64,000 nucleotides of DNA from Microthyrium microscopicum. Lineage: Eukaryota. The notes beneath the pieces are model-generated. The model did no database searches. It saw nothing but the letters and a program-made list of their open reading frames with translations, and had not been told where the DNA came from. The stretch covers positions 1,933,539-1,997,538 of the forward strand of contig MU004235.1 in NCBI GenBank assembly GCA_010405405.1, given 5' to 3'. Positions 38,582-51,454 of the stretch are shown in pieces; within the stretch, counting starts at the first letter, position 1; each line of letters starts with the position of its first letter. A program made the position numbers and the translations under genes.

Positions 38582-39115
38582 CTATTCGGAATCTTGCAGC
38601 TCTACCCCTTTGGCTTTGGCCCATGTCTTTTGTCGCAGACGATGAATTGGTTCCGACTTCAAGCCAACAATCCCAAGTCCTTCAACCCCTCCTACGAGCC
38701 ACTTCCCAAGCAGCTTCTCTCTTCGCCAAGCATACACGCTGACATCCGCATTACTCGTCATTCCATGGTTAACCTTCGAGCGAGCAATATCGTTGCCAGA
38801 TAGCTGCACACTGTAGAGATTCACTTCTTCCTCTGTGCTAGCATCGATGAGATCTCTGGATGTTATGGGGTTGGGAATAAATTGCTCGCCGCTGCCCTCA
38901 AAATTATAGGTGATTTGAAGATGGGTTGCTGGGTAGAGCGGGTCGTTTGGCCGAGCAGAGGGTAGGGAGAGGGTGAAACAGAGAGGCGATGTAGCGGCAG
39001 CGATGGTTCGGGAAGAATGGATTGCGGACTTGAAATCTGAGGGGTTGATGTCATCCGGCTGCGCTGGTAGCGTGGGCGGCGTGAAAGAGTGGATGGAGAG
39101 GCTAAATCTCGACAT
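38582..39115 (-). CDS. Hypothetical protein
   Basis: Intronless ORF of about 177 aa from MSRFSLSIH; no recognised motif. Confidence 0.5.
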   Translation of the reverse strand: MSRFSLSIHSFTPPTLPAQPDDINPSDFKSAIHSSRTIAAATSPLCFTLSLPSARPNDPLYPATHLQITYNFEGSGEQFIPNPITSRDLIDASTEEEVNLYSVQLSGNDIARSKVNHGMTSNADVSVYAWRREKLLGKWLVGGVEGLGIVGLKSEPIHRLRQKTWAKAKGVELQDSE

Positions 39116-39660
39116 GATAACTTCTGATGTAGCGCATTTGGAAGCTGAGGTGAAGTTAAAAGTCTGTTCTGTTGGCAAGCGAAATGGTAAATAAAGGGTG
39201 AAAAGTTGGATTGACCCGGATTTTATGAATTCCAACGACGGCGAAGCACACCGCCGTTAAAGCTTGAGGATTTCGGGAGGGGATTTTAATGAATGGTAGG
39301 TGAATCACATCCATGCAAGTATTTCAATCCTTCATCCTACGAGCTTGATGGGGTCTGATTCCAGGCTTGTTCTGTTCTGCCTGGCCGCCTTAGTGAGCAA
39401 ATAGGGCATAAGCAGATGGGAATCGACATGATCATGCTGGATTCGAGACTGGAAAAGGCTTTCTATGAAAATAATTTTGACTCATTGTTATCCGCTATGA
39501 TCTGCTTAAATAATTGCAAAATCACTCTCGATTATAAAGACTAGTGGTATCTGAACTATAACAAGCACTCCAATTCGCAATGTAAGGCTGTAACGCCGAC
39601 CTTTTGCGCACATTTCTTTTGTCCTCGCGCACTAGAGCAAACCAACAGCCTGTCTAGATC

Positions 39661-41668
39661 TCAAGCTTTAAAGTCCTTGGCGTCTTTAATGTCGCCGTCG
39701 TCCTTCTCGTCCACTTTGTTGACTCTATGAACTGAGATATCCACGCTCTTCTTGACTCCATTGGTGTTGACGCGTTTGAGCTCATTAGCATCGCCTCCGT
39801 ATCCGGCCTCGAGCGCTCGCCCAGAGGCCGCAGCGCCGCCGACAACAGCGTCTTCGCCGTCGAAATGTTTGGTGATTTCTTCGAGCGGCGTATTTCTGGT
39901 CTCGATATAGAACCACCAAACAACAAAGAGCTCAATGGTAAGCCACACGCACTGGCAATTATTAGCGAGGGATTGGCGGGTAAGGAATTGAACAAACTTA
40001 CAAAAACAATGTAGTATTTCCAGTGTATAGCTTCAAGAGCAATAGGATTGACGTATGAGTTGAAGAACAGGGCGATATCAACGCAAAGCCACACCACAGT
40101 CATACCCTACTAACCTTAGTATTTTACCCTTCATTCGGAGTGTTCTGCTAACATACCTTGGCGCGAATACTATAAGGCAAAATTTCAACCGTATACCCAA
40201 CCAACAAACCGGACCATGCAATGTTATAGAACATGTAGAAGATAAAGATCATAGCAACAACAGCATTACCCGCTGCTTTCGATTTCTTGACCTCCTGTTG
40301 CTGAGCGCAAATGGTCCAGACAATAAAAGTTCCTAACATTCCAGCAGTCGACACCAAGAATAGCTTCCTGCGACCAAGTTTGTCCACGAAAAAGCACATG
40401 GTTACAGCCACGATGAAGTTGAAAATTTGCAGAATTCCGTTGATGTTGAGCTGCGTTTTCGAGTCTGTGATGCCGATGGACTTGAGGACAGGCGCCATAT
40501 AGTACGACACGAGGCCATTGCCAGACCATTGAGAAAAGATTCCGGCAGTTGCTAAAATCACTAGACGGTGGCGGTTTCCTTTCGTTCTCCAGAGTTCTGA
40601 CCAATTGGTTTGTTTGCTCTCCTGCTCCATTCGAATGGTTTCTTTGATTTCTTCATATTCCAGAACAACAACTTCGTCGTCGTCTATACACTGTTAGAAC
40701 ATTTCAAACTGCCATGAAGCACGGTAAACTCACAGTTTCCATTCGCATGTACTGTGGCGAGAGTTTTGAGGGCCTCGTCTGGTCGGCCTTTATCTATATG
40801 CCAACGTGGGCTCTCTGGTACGAACCATACGGCGCACACTTGTATGATCGAGGGTAGCGCCTGAACAAGGGATGGTATTCTCCAGGACCAATTGTTTGGA
40901 ACACTTTCAGTTCCTCGGGTCAACCACGCAGCTATAATTGAACCGAAGTACCAAGTAGTGTTGTAGATGGTTGTAAAGACAGCTCGGTCTTGTGGATGCG
41001 CCAGCTCGGTAATCAACAGTGGACTATCGTCTTGTTAGCAAAGCGATAAACATAGAATGATAAGGAGGAAAAACAAACCTCGCACCATGCGCAATGGCAA
41101 CACCGAAACCAATCAAGAATCGAGCCGCAATGAACATCTGAAGATTTATACTTATGGCTTGAAGAGTTACGCCTATCAGCCTACTTTTATTAGCGAAACT
41201 GGTGGCCTCATCAATTACTCCTGCTTACATGATAACGCATCCGATGAAGATACCCATCCGGCGACCGGCCAAATCAGCAGCGTAAGGTACAAATGGGATA
41301 GCGACTAATGAACCGATGGGCATGATAGCATTGAGTAAACCGAGTTGTGAACTTGAAGGATGAAAATCTACTCTTGTCAGCACATTTGTCAACAAAGAAT
41401 AAAATTGACTTACAATCTACCCATGGCTTGAGCGACTGAAGGCCATTAACCATGCTGCCATCATAACCATTTGTAGCCTAAGATGTTGGTTAGCGTCTAT
41501 TCGCCGAATCCTCGTCTAGAAAGTGTCACATACGCTCGTGAGCACAACCAGCATCAGCAAGACGTATGTCTTTCGTAGAGCCGTGTCCTTATACCATGAT
41601 TTCCTTGGAAACTCACGATCCGCCAGGACAAATGTGCCCTTTGTGGGAGCTTTGGCGACATAGACCAT
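39661..41668 (-). CDS. Sugar porter MFS, lactose permease/cellodextrin transporter-like
   Basis: SATNGYDGSMVNGLQSL, ADLAGRRMG, LITELAHPQDRA, WSWRIPS, VPESPRW, FSQWSGNGLVSYY, VDKLGRRKL, YTVEILPYSIRAK, YIETRNTPLEEI; about 7 introns. Confidence 0.92.
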
Positions 41669-42838
41669 GATACCGCGACTCGAGGTCAACTCACAGCATC
41701 CGAGGAAGCGATCAAAGAAGCTTCAAAAAGGCCAAGAAATTGACCGGAATCGCCAAAAGTCAAGATGGATAACCAACAAAATGAACGAGATCAAGTCTAT
41801 TGTAGTAAGAAAAGCGCATACCGCATTTTTCCCCAGCTAAATTCGGCCGTCAATGTCCCGAGCTTTTTAGAACAGGTCACACACCCAGCTCAGGGAAGAA
41901 AAAAGTCCGACCAGGTAATATGCCACAACCAGTTGTTCCGGGAGCTAGTACACCATGTCCCTGGCAGTAGTGCAGTAGTTTCTGGGGCGAGGCTCCGCGT
42001 GTGCAGATGAAGGTATTGGCTATTCTCGGGTGAGCAGACCAGAAGAAGGCCTGTTGCGCCGCGGATTATGTCGTGGTGATTCGTGGATCATTTTTACCGG
42101 TGCGGTTGCAGTGGACGAACCGTTGAGGATTGCTTCTAGAAGTACGGTACTTGGCGGGCGAGGGGTGTAAGATGTTCTGTCTGGTTATTGGGGGAACAGG
42201 TGCTGTGCAATGATCATTGGGGCAAGGGAGCGGGGATAGATGAATTTTTATATTGGTCCGAGATGGGGTGGACGGATATGTGCACGGTTCTGGAATTGTT
42301 GCGGTCTGGGTTGTTGAGGTTAAACACTGTGGAATAACCTGAAGATGTAGTACTTATGCGGCGCGAGCATATAAAAAGCTGATGGAAAGGTTGCCACTGT
42401 TGATATGAGAAGTTCTTTAGTTTACCGAGGACCAAGAATGATCCACCCAGGCCTGGTGTGGAGTTACTGTTACTTGAGTGCAGCAAGAATAGAATCAAAT
42501 CATTCCGGCTAAACTTAAAGGCATGCAGAGAGATCTTCGGTGGAGTAAACTCACGTTTTGTATCGAATTTATAATAGTCTTGGTAGATTGGTTTGTATCA
42601 AGCACAGAACTATCGGAGAGGCAGGTACCTCTACATTCAACCATGAATAGTTAATTGCTAGATGTTGCACGAATAGTCGATATCGCAAAAAGTATTGACA
42701 AAACCTACTAAGTCGCGACGACCTCATACGCCTGTCATGTCGTCCTGGTGGTCGGGTCCTGCGTAGAGCTGCTCTCCGGGAATTCATAGCAGGTATCAGA
42801 GTCCTTTAAAACTCCATAAATACTTACACATAATACTA

Positions 42839-43463
42839 CCATAGCGTGGGAGGGGGGGTAGAGGAAATGATGCCGTGAGATCTTATGGTAGACATTTTAT
42901 CAACATGATATTCGAATTAGTGGCTAAATAGGCCAGCATGGCGTAGACGAGAACCATGTCTTAATTCTGGCAATAAGTAATTAGTTTTATTGCCTAGGAA
43001 GGATCACGATAAGAGACTAAGAAGGAGCAAAAGTGGTAGTTGGCAAGACTAAGAAATGAAAAATGAAAGTAGTCTATATGTACCAAAAGTGCAAAGTTGT
43101 ATATTTAGTCTTCGTGAAACTAGTAGAAGTTTGAACACTATATCTTGCTTATAAGTAAAATACGAGCCTAGCCTAAAACGTAAAGTAAAATATCGTAATC
43201 TATAAAAATGCCTAATATCTCAAGTCTAGTATTATCAATAAACTATAACTCTAATCATAGAAAATTGCCTATTTAGGCAATTTTTTTTGGTTCTATCTAA
43301 TAGCTTAGACATGATTTTTTTGACAAAATAGTCTTACTAGCTAGACATAATACTAAAATCTGACATTATGTCTACAAAGGATGCTGGAAAAAGTACCTTT
43401 TTAGAAAATGATATAGCGATAGTAGTAGACATTATTTCCTCTACCCCCCGTCGCACGCTATAG
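42839..43463. mobile_element. Non-autonomous TIR element (MITE, Tc1/mariner-like TA target), RIP-like decay
   Basis: Left end TA|CCATAGCGTGGGAGGGGGGGTAGAGGAAATGATG vs reverse complement of right end TA|CTATAGCGTGCGACGGGGGGTAGAGGAAATAATG; AT- and TpA-rich interior with no ORF. Confidence 0.8.
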
Positions 43464-45003
43464 TACCTACCTACTGATAGCGAGTAACTTCAGAGGTACA
43501 CGTGCATGTATCGCTGAAGGACATTTAATAAGAGTTGTAGTACAGAAAATGCTGGATTCATTCGACAACGTAGATTTCAAGATATTGAGAAGTACTGTAC
43601 ATGGGTTGCGAGTAACCAAGCAGTTGCACTCTGCCTGCTAGTATTTAAGCTGAGCCAACAGTACGATAGGTACTGCTATCACGCGTCGATGTTCACTTGG
43701 TGTCTACTCCCATTTGTTACGTGTCCGCGGTTATGGCACCATATTTTTCCTCGGCAGCTTCTTGCTCATCCGGTGCTTCATTTGTTTGGCTTCTTATAAT
43801 TACCTGTTTCCTGCGCCGGCCTTAGGCATCGGCATAATTCGAGAATTGACTTTTCTGAACTCAAAGGTTTTGGGTTGATATCGCAAGTATCGTAAACGGT
43901 GCAGCTTGAAATAATGTATGCATTAAACGTGTTCGTTTCTCGAAAGGAGAATGGGTGGTCTCCATGCGGCGTGTTGAAGTAGGGATTTCAATATGACGAT
44001 CCTTCGCTATAAGTCACAAGTATGAAGATGAAAGAAGAGATTCGACTCGCACAGTCCAAAGGTATCACAGGTTTAGGTACCTAATCTTTCATCATTTCGG
44101 GGCTGCTCTGGACTTACATAACTAGCATGGGCTACGACTATCTCCTATTTTCGACGGTTGTGGTATCTTACTGTTAGGCAACCCGATTGCGGTGCCCCTA
44201 TTTTGCTTCACGGCTCCTGTTGGTCGTGCTTCATGATTAAGTGCTTGTTCGGCAGCCTTGTATTGCCGATCTAGTCTCCATCAGTAAGCAAATTATGCTT
44301 ACAACTGTTAGTTCGGAAATGTGCATCCTTAGTCTACTGATTGTCACTCAACTAAGAGCTTACGGTAAGTACCTAGTTAAAATGGAGATAGGTCTACTAT
44401 GTGATTCATCTGTACTCTAAATAATTGCAAGACGTGCCAAAATAGGTACTCTAGTATCCATAGGTAGTACCTAAGGTCATTACCGTTCAAGTTGAAGGAT
44501 TCTGTTGTAACCGGATGTTTTGACAAGGGCGTCAATTATCTTACCGTAAGGTTTTATCCTCTCCATAGCGTACTTGCTACCACCTAGATCTATGTTTATC
44601 TCCTCTTTGGGCCTAGTGCGAGCTTCAAAGCCAGACCGAAACCAAACTGCAAATCTAGGTGGTTGATTGACCATTATCCAGTTCATTATTTGACCATTTG
44701 ATTCGGCTATCAAGAAATTTGTACCCACAGTACCTGACTCAATAAGATTGAGTCAATGTTCCATCGCCTAGACTAGCGAAAAGCCAACCAGTGGTAGCGT
44801 GGAGGGTGGTACAACTACCTAAGTAAGCTGTCCATCCCTACTTGGATATGTCGCATTTTTTGCTTTTATCTCAATACGTCATATGGTGGGCAGGTTATAT
44901 TCAGAGTAGAGAAGATTAAGATCAACATCGACATCCAATTTACGTTGTGTTTCCTGTCCCTAATAGCGCTACCAAAGCTCGACGTGGAGCGTATCTTCTT
45001 TTC

Positions 45004-45756
45004 TTACAGACAACTAGGAGGCAGTCCGTGAAATTCCAATCCATGTCGATGGTTTACAATCACGGCATACGCCATAGCTTGCTCCTTGTTTTGACTTTCA
45101 TCTCTCTGTTTTGCGGTCTGTTGGTACTTTTCTTTCCAGCTAGCAAGATCCTCAAACTTGCCATCTATGTTCTTCCTATCTGATTCATATCCATTACGGC
45201 ACCAGCTCCACGGAGGACCATTTGAAGGAAAAGGGACGGGTTCGAACAGTCTACAATTCTTGCACACCTGATATCCAGCCCCTTGTACTCGAATATTGTG
45301 TCCTCTACTGTATCCTCTTGCTCCAGGCGTTCTCCAAGGAACCGTTAGCCCACATTCGATGCAAAATCGTAGGGACGCCTCTTTACGGCCGCGGCCGCGG
45401 CAACGCTTCCAGTTTGCCATCACCATCTTGTCCGCGAACTTGACTGATTGTCTTAGTCGGAGGCAGTGATTGCAGGTCAAGAGTTCGTTCTGGATAGCCC
45501 ATTCAGTGTCCTCTATGATAAGCAGTGCTTCTTGAGAAGGCTTAGGGATAAAGTCTCGAAACTGTCTGCTGGTCATCCTAAGGTAAACAGTGTCTTCAAA
45601 CGAGAGGTGAGAAATAACTTCAAGTAGAAGCTCAGCTGGCAGTGCTAAGAGAGCAAAGGGCTTAGTCGCAACAGCCTCCAAGGATTCGGGGTGGCTTCGA
45701 ATCCTTCTTCTGATCCTCTGGAGAAACTGCCCTGCTTTTTCCAGTTGCCACTTCAT
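45004..45756 (-). CDS. F-box protein with Cys-rich (CxxC) C-terminal region
   Basis: LLALPAELLLEVISHLSFEDTVYLRMTSRQFRDFI; LTCNHCLRLR...FAD...RFCIECG...VCKNC. Confidence 0.8.
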   Translation of the reverse strand: MKWQLEKAGQFLQRIRRRIRSHPESLEAVATKPFALLALPAELLLEVISHLSFEDTVYLRMTSRQFRDFIPKPSQEALLIIEDTEWAIQNELLTCNHCLRLRQSVKFADKMVMANWKRCRGRGRKEASLRFCIECGLTVPWRTPGARGYSRGHNIRVQGAGYQVCKNCRLFEPVPFPSNGPPWSWCRNGYESDRKNIDGKFEDLASWKEKYQQTAKQRDESQNKEQAMAYAVIVNHRHGLEFHGLPPSCL

Positions 45757-46985
45757 AATTTGCCGCTCCGTATAAAGTGCTCATACAAGAGGTGCCGCAA
45801 AGTCAGCCGAAGTATCGAAACGCAATTGCCCCAGTCAGTTCTATCGATAGTGTGAGGATTAATTGAAAAGTCCTACCAGCAGCTAGAATTTCATGGTGAT
45901 TCCTGGCAGGTGGTTTGATTCAAGTTTCTTGAAGTGCAGTTGAGCAGTGCAGAGGAGTTATGTATAAATAATTAGAGAGCCATGAATAATGGTCCTAGGT
46001 AGGGAATATTAATGACCTTGTCGGTCTGATTTGTTCTAGGGCTGCAACCGAACCAGATTGTCTCCTAATAGAATATAGCTCCTTCAAGCTTCGGATTCGA
46101 AGAGCATCCATTGCCCTTCCGCCCAATGGTAGTCTCCAGCAGAGCATAGCCAGTTGAATCATACAACAGGCCTCAGAGAATTCAGTATACATAACATGTG
46201 CATTGTTGGACTTTTGTAGGTCCAGTAGGTTATAGAACTATCTGAACGTTTGGTAGTGCGCCGCCTCATCCAGCCTTTGCGATATGTCACGTTACAATTC
46301 AGGTTTTTTCTAGCCAAAGCGGACAAAACTCAGTGTAGCCTGGGGCGCCGAATAGCGCGGGACATCTATCAGTTCTCAATGGCAACTCTCTAGGTAGCGC
46401 ATCTGCTCTTTCTGATTTACATCGTGACGAATATTCGCAAGAACACACGGTCGAAACCTCGGCCCTTGATATCGATTGTTGTTGTCCATTATGCAAGCCT
46501 GAGGTGTAAATCAGACAACCTAAGGTAAGTTAGGTAACGGCTGGTTGTCTCTGCGAGAATATCCTTCGACGTTTTGAAGTTTGTCCGCCCAAATGTTGCA
46601 GTGTAGTCGCAGTACAGCATTCAAGGTGTCAAGGGAGACCATCAATTAGGTTATATTAGTGAAAGTCTTTGCGTAGATACGGAATGGCGTTGATTTGCTC
46701 AAAACATCGTTAGTTCATTGCTTCTAAGATCAAAATCTACTTCGATAAGAAATAGAAAGAACTAGGCGGCTAGATTAGGTATCTAGATACCTGTTAGCAG
46801 CAAGCCTTAACGTGGGGCACACTTGACGCAATCAAATAGTAAATAGTATTTCCAGTTTCTAGTCGTCATACTGATGGTTCGGGATGAAGACTAACTTAAC
46901 GACAATATGATGCCACATCTTCTGCGATTAACATAAGCGTTGTCTGCAGGGACTAAGTATAGAAACGAAGCTACTCACTCAATCT

Positions 46986-47428
46986 CTACTTCTGGCTTCC
47001 CTGCTCCTCCTTTCTCTTCTTTTCTGCCGCTCTCAGATATGGACAGAGTAAGCTACAAAAGCTTTCCTGGCATAGCGGGCAATCTGGAATTTGTTAACGT
47101 AGAGTTTCAAAAAAATATGTTTAGGCCAAAAAGCGCTGAAATGAGTAGACAGTGCCAACTCAAGGTATTCTTACCTCGAGGCCAGGGTTTGGGTGCTTGC
47201 GGATCTATGAGCAGAGTTAGACAAGTCGCCTCATGCTGTTATAAGCTTCAGTTTACCGTCCAATTTGAAAGCCTCCTCCCAGTTCATAGATCTTAGCCCG
47301 TCTAACATGAGCTCCAGAAGCGTTGGCCCAGTGTGAGCGTCCGGCGCTTCGGAACATTGCGGCTGGACTCCAGCAGCGACTTGAATAACTTGGTACCCGG
47401 ATCGAGGGTTGTTCACGTTTCCGCTCAT
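46986..47428 (-). CDS. WPRxCPLC array unit A (intact, with an extra intron inside the motif)
   Basis: MSGNVNN...QCSEAPD...; introns 47205-47256 and 47084-47174; spliced PKPWPRDCPLCQESFCSLLCPYLRAAEKKRKEEQGSQK*. Confidence 0.75.
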
Positions 47429-47979
47429 CTTGCAAGGAACTGATGGACTAAATTTGAACTTGAAAGTTTGAAGTTGTGGATGGGCCAGAGGTGAGTAAGT
47501 TTGCGTCAATAGATTGGAGACGCGAGTGTTTATGTGTGGTAGTGAGCGAGAGAAGTTTTGGGGTAGATGATCAAGAGCGGATTCGAGGTTATTGTCACTG
47601 CGTTAAATTTATAGGTGACGATCAAACTACGCTAAGCTTCTTCTGAGTATAGCTCAGAGAAGAAGTCATTTGTCGAGGCTTCTATTCATCAAGAAAAGAA
47701 AGAACGATTTGACGTTAGTAAGGGCCAAAGTAGTAGGTAGAAGGTAGTATTTTGAGTGACAACTGCATGTACATTGGATGGAACCACAACAATAGTATAG
47801 AACCCAACCACTTTTGCTATCGCTACTTTTTGATTTGCTTACTTGCCTTCAAGCTTGGATACATGGAATTACATTATCTGTCTCGACCCAAGGAACAATC
47901 CCCGACGCCACAATTCAGTCGACTTCGATTGTAACAAGCGATGAGTAACGTAGACGGCAAGGAGTTCAGAACGCACTTT

Positions 47980-48354
47980 CTCTATCCCTTCTCTGGCTCT
48001 TCCCCTGTCTCTTCCTCTGGCACAAAGCTGGGCCACGACATATAGGTGTGGAGTTATATTTGAGGAACAATAGAGTAGCTAACGCATTGTGCCTAGCTCG
48101 CTTACAAGGCAAACGCGTCGCGTCAGACCACCCTATATACGCTCTTGGGCTAGTGGCTGTTGAATCGGTTTGGCATTTCGTCTCTCAGGCGGATCATATT
48201 GGATGGTGATCCATTCGCCATTGCGTTGAGTAGATACAACGATGGTCAGACTTTTGTGGAAATTGTGGAGACGTTGTTTGCGAGACGCGATTTCTGCCCC
48301 TGCTCTCGCAACACAGCACTCGCAGGGTGGTGGGGAGAAGATGGCCATTGGCAA
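47980..48354 (-). pseudogene. WPRxCPLC array unit B (highly decayed)
   Basis: TCGTGGCCC...TTGTGCCAG (WP..LCQ in different frames) followed by a purine-rich charged tail; GTAAGC donor near 48104; position fits the 1 kb spacing. Confidence 0.3.
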
Positions 48355-48832
48355 ACAGATGGAAGCAGGTAGTAGAGTAATGAGGTTTGCAGATGAATGT
48401 TTGCAGAGTTGAGAGATCTGAGAGGTTTGAGCGACTTGGAAGGTTTGGGAGGTTTGGGAGGTCTAAGCCCGGATTGCTTTGTACTGCTATGCTATGCCAC
48501 TTTGATGAAGGGTCAATAAGTGAAATATCGGAAGAGCAGGTGCTCAAACTTGAAAGTGAACACCGTAAATGTGAAAAGACAGAGGTTGGGAATCGCAGCT
48601 TTTAAAGTCATGAATGGGGAAAGGGGCGAGATGCCGTTAAGATACGGGCACGATTAATGGGCTGCGATATCGCCACCTTGAAAGAGGAGTTAAGGTTACA
48701 GAGACATCGTTTTCAAATTTGGGCGTAAGTGACTAGACAATTCGAGCTCAGTCGGAAATGAGGTGATGGTGCAATATCAACAGGTTCGGGGTCTTTCGCA
48801 CCACCTACATCAAGCAGATCACGATTGAGCTA

Positions 48833-49323
48833 TTAATTCTTCTCCCCATCATCTTCTACGAAATGCTGCTTGGCCTGCGGATCTTGAACCTCCTCTTGAC
48901 CTTGAGCCTCCCCTTGATCTTGAACCGCCTTCTGGTCTTGACTTGCCTCCTGGTCCTGGATGTCCTTCTGGCGCTTTATTGAGGCCTTCATGTATGGACA
49001 CAACAAATGACAGGCTCTTTCTTGACAGAGAGGACAATCACGAGGCCATGGCTTCGGTGCTTTTGGCTCTATGCGATTATCAGTCTCACCATGACATAAG
49101 GAAGTGAGGTCTACATACCCTGTGGTGAGTCATCTTGCATTTGGGTCTCTTCGTACGCCGAACAGTATCGAAATAGCCAGGACGATGAGCCGGTATTTGG
49201 AGGAGCATGGTAGGCAATGCAGCTTGACTCGAGATAACTCATCTGCAACATTAGGTCTTGTAGGCTAGTAGCGTGTGAGGCCGGTTCCGCTGCTGGTACG
49301 TAATTTGTGGAGGACGACGACAT
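48833..49323 (-). CDS. WPRxCPLC array unit C (intact)
   Basis: MSSSSTNY...RYCSAY...; phase-1 intron; EPKAPKPWPRDCPLCQERACHLLCPYMK plus QDQxxx repeats. Confidence 0.75.
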
Positions 49324-49507
49324 GATTCTTCCAAAGAAGCCTTTGCGGGTTGCAGCTTTGAAGTGGTCGCGGGCGATGCAATTTTTCTGCAAGGAATCTG
49401 AGAGAAATGAACGCACGTAATGGTAAGTAAAACAAGTTGCAAAGTGGATGTTAAAGACTTTGAACGAGGAGAAGCTCTGTTGTTTTAAGCTCGATTGAAT
49501 CTATACT

Positions 49508-49598
49508 GTGGTGAAATATGCTGGTAGTGAAATTTGCTGGTGGTGAAATATGCTGGTAGTGAAATATGCTGGTGGTGAAATATGCTGGTGGTGAAATG
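49508..49598. repeat. 16-bp minisatellite GTGAAATATGCTGGT(A/G), about 5.5 copies
   Basis: Direct reading; lies upstream of unit C. Confidence 0.9.
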
Positions 49599-49774
49599 TC
49601 AGACTGCACCGGGTCTAACTTCTTCAAGAAACCTGAGGTACAACTAAGTTTCAGGATGGAGGTGTCGTTTTAACATATCACATAGGCCGAACTCGTTAAG
49701 GAGCAACAGCTTCGCCATGCCCATCTCTACTCATCATCCTATATATGTGTTCTTAAATGTTGCATTTATCGGCA

Positions 49775-50221
49775 TTACCTGGGCCGCTCTATGACGACTT
49801 TAGATGGGGACACCAGCAGCTGCAGTATCGCTTTTGGCCGAGCAGGCACCCACGATGCCATGTCTTAGACTGCTCTGCCTCTACATATCTCTCAATGCAT
49901 TTGTAGCACGCAAAGCGTCAGGATGACCGTACTCTTTGGCTCTATTTATGAGAAAACCAAATTTTCGGACTGCTCATCCGGGGCAATAGAACATTGGGCG
50001 CTATGGGGAGAAGTACTTCATGACCAGAATTGAGAGGATCATTGCATCATTGGTGGTACCGCGCCCTTGAGACAATCAAGCAGGAAATTGGCGTCGCTTT
50101 TTACGCTCATCTCAAATTCGATTACGGCAACCTGTGAGCAAAAGTTGATTGCAAGGCTGTGAATGTTCTTCAGGGCGCTCAGACTCGTGCCAGAAGAACT
50201 CACACACTCCTCGCTGGCCAT
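49775..50221 (-). pseudogene. WPRxCPLC array unit D (stops, eroded motif)
   Basis: MASEEC... stop at 50039; QCSIAPD; phase-1 intron; KTWHRGCLLGQKRYCSCWCPHLK. Confidence 0.6.
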
Positions 50222-50662
50222 TTGTACGCTCGGTCGGACTGGCAGGGACGTCGCGAGCTTGGCCAATAGGAAATAGATGGTTCGTGAGTATATAATAGAC
50301 GCTTCCGAACATGCCGGCTATCTGTTTCAAAAGTCTGTCGAGAAACAGGAAGGTATTAGGTTTCTGATGTAGGTTCTGGCGCAGTTGTACTAGAGGCTAG
50401 GCACGTTACATAGCAAGATTCAGTATGAGACGGGTATTGAAGCAATTGATTATCAACAATGACCATAGCTGGTCTCACAAAAGGCCGTAACCAAAGATCC
50501 GACGGCACTTGAAATTCCAACAGCAGACAAGAAAAATGTGGCTCCTCTGGACTTTGCTGCTCTGCTGCTTTGCTGCGCTAAGAAACGACTGTGTTTGCCA
50601 GAGCCTAAGAATACCTCAAAAGCAAACGCTCTGATCACGAGAAGCATGAAAACATCATCTCT

Positions 50663-51125
50663 TCAATATTTCCATTTGCCCTCGTTGAAAGCCTTCAGGT
50701 ATGGGCAGCGAAGGTCACAGAACTTTTCCTGACAAAGCGGGCATCCACGAGGCTATGGCTTTGCCTCGGATTTTGTCTTCGTCTGCGTCTCTGTTGGTTG
50801 GTTGTTAGCACCTCACGTGGAAAGGAGATTTCGTTGCCTTACCGTCTTCTTTGGGTGGCTCATTATATAGAAGAGCACCAAAACAGATGAATCGTGTGTT
50901 GGGACAAACAGCTGGAGCTTGTACTAGAGGTCGGAACGCTAATATGTCATACCTGCCGTTCGTCCACGAAGGAGGCCAACTTCGATAAACAATAGTGCTA
51001 GTACCGTAGACATCGCATACAATAAAGGCCCTTGGTGGGTTTAAGCCCGCACGAGGAGCCGTCAGGTGCAAAATCATTCTTGTGCGACGGGGCGTAAGGG
51101 GGAAGGAGAGATTGTTATGGGACAT
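50663..51125 (-). pseudogene. WPRxCPLC array unit E (single TAG in place of the invariant Trp)
   Basis: MSHNNL...FICFGA...; phase-1 intron; AKP*PRGCPLCQEKFCDLRCPYLK with TAG at 50753-50755. Confidence 0.7.
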
Positions 51126-51454
51126 TGCTGGAGGCAGATCGATTTCCGTATTTTGTGTCTAAACAGGTTCTAGACGGATGTATAACTGATGAGCAACAGT
51201 ATGGAGAAATGGGGTAATGGAAACTGAATAGTACGGGGGAGCTCAATAGTCAAGACAAGGTTGGGGTTCGACCGGTGGCCAAACAAACACAGCTAACATT
51301 AAATAGAAAGAACGACAGCTATGGGAGACAGCCCAACTTCTGGCTCTAAATCTAAAGCTCCTTCTATAATTTTCAGTCCTGGTCCAGAGATGCTCGAGCG
51401 CACAATTATTTCATCAGAACGCTAATCACAGCCACAACACCATTCAGCTCCGAC

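Noticed and set aside
25096..41668. Cellulose-utilisation cluster (GH7 plus cellodextrin/lactose permease)
   Set aside because: The genes are 13 kb apart and separated by unrelated housekeeping genes; no supporting regulator or shared motif identified
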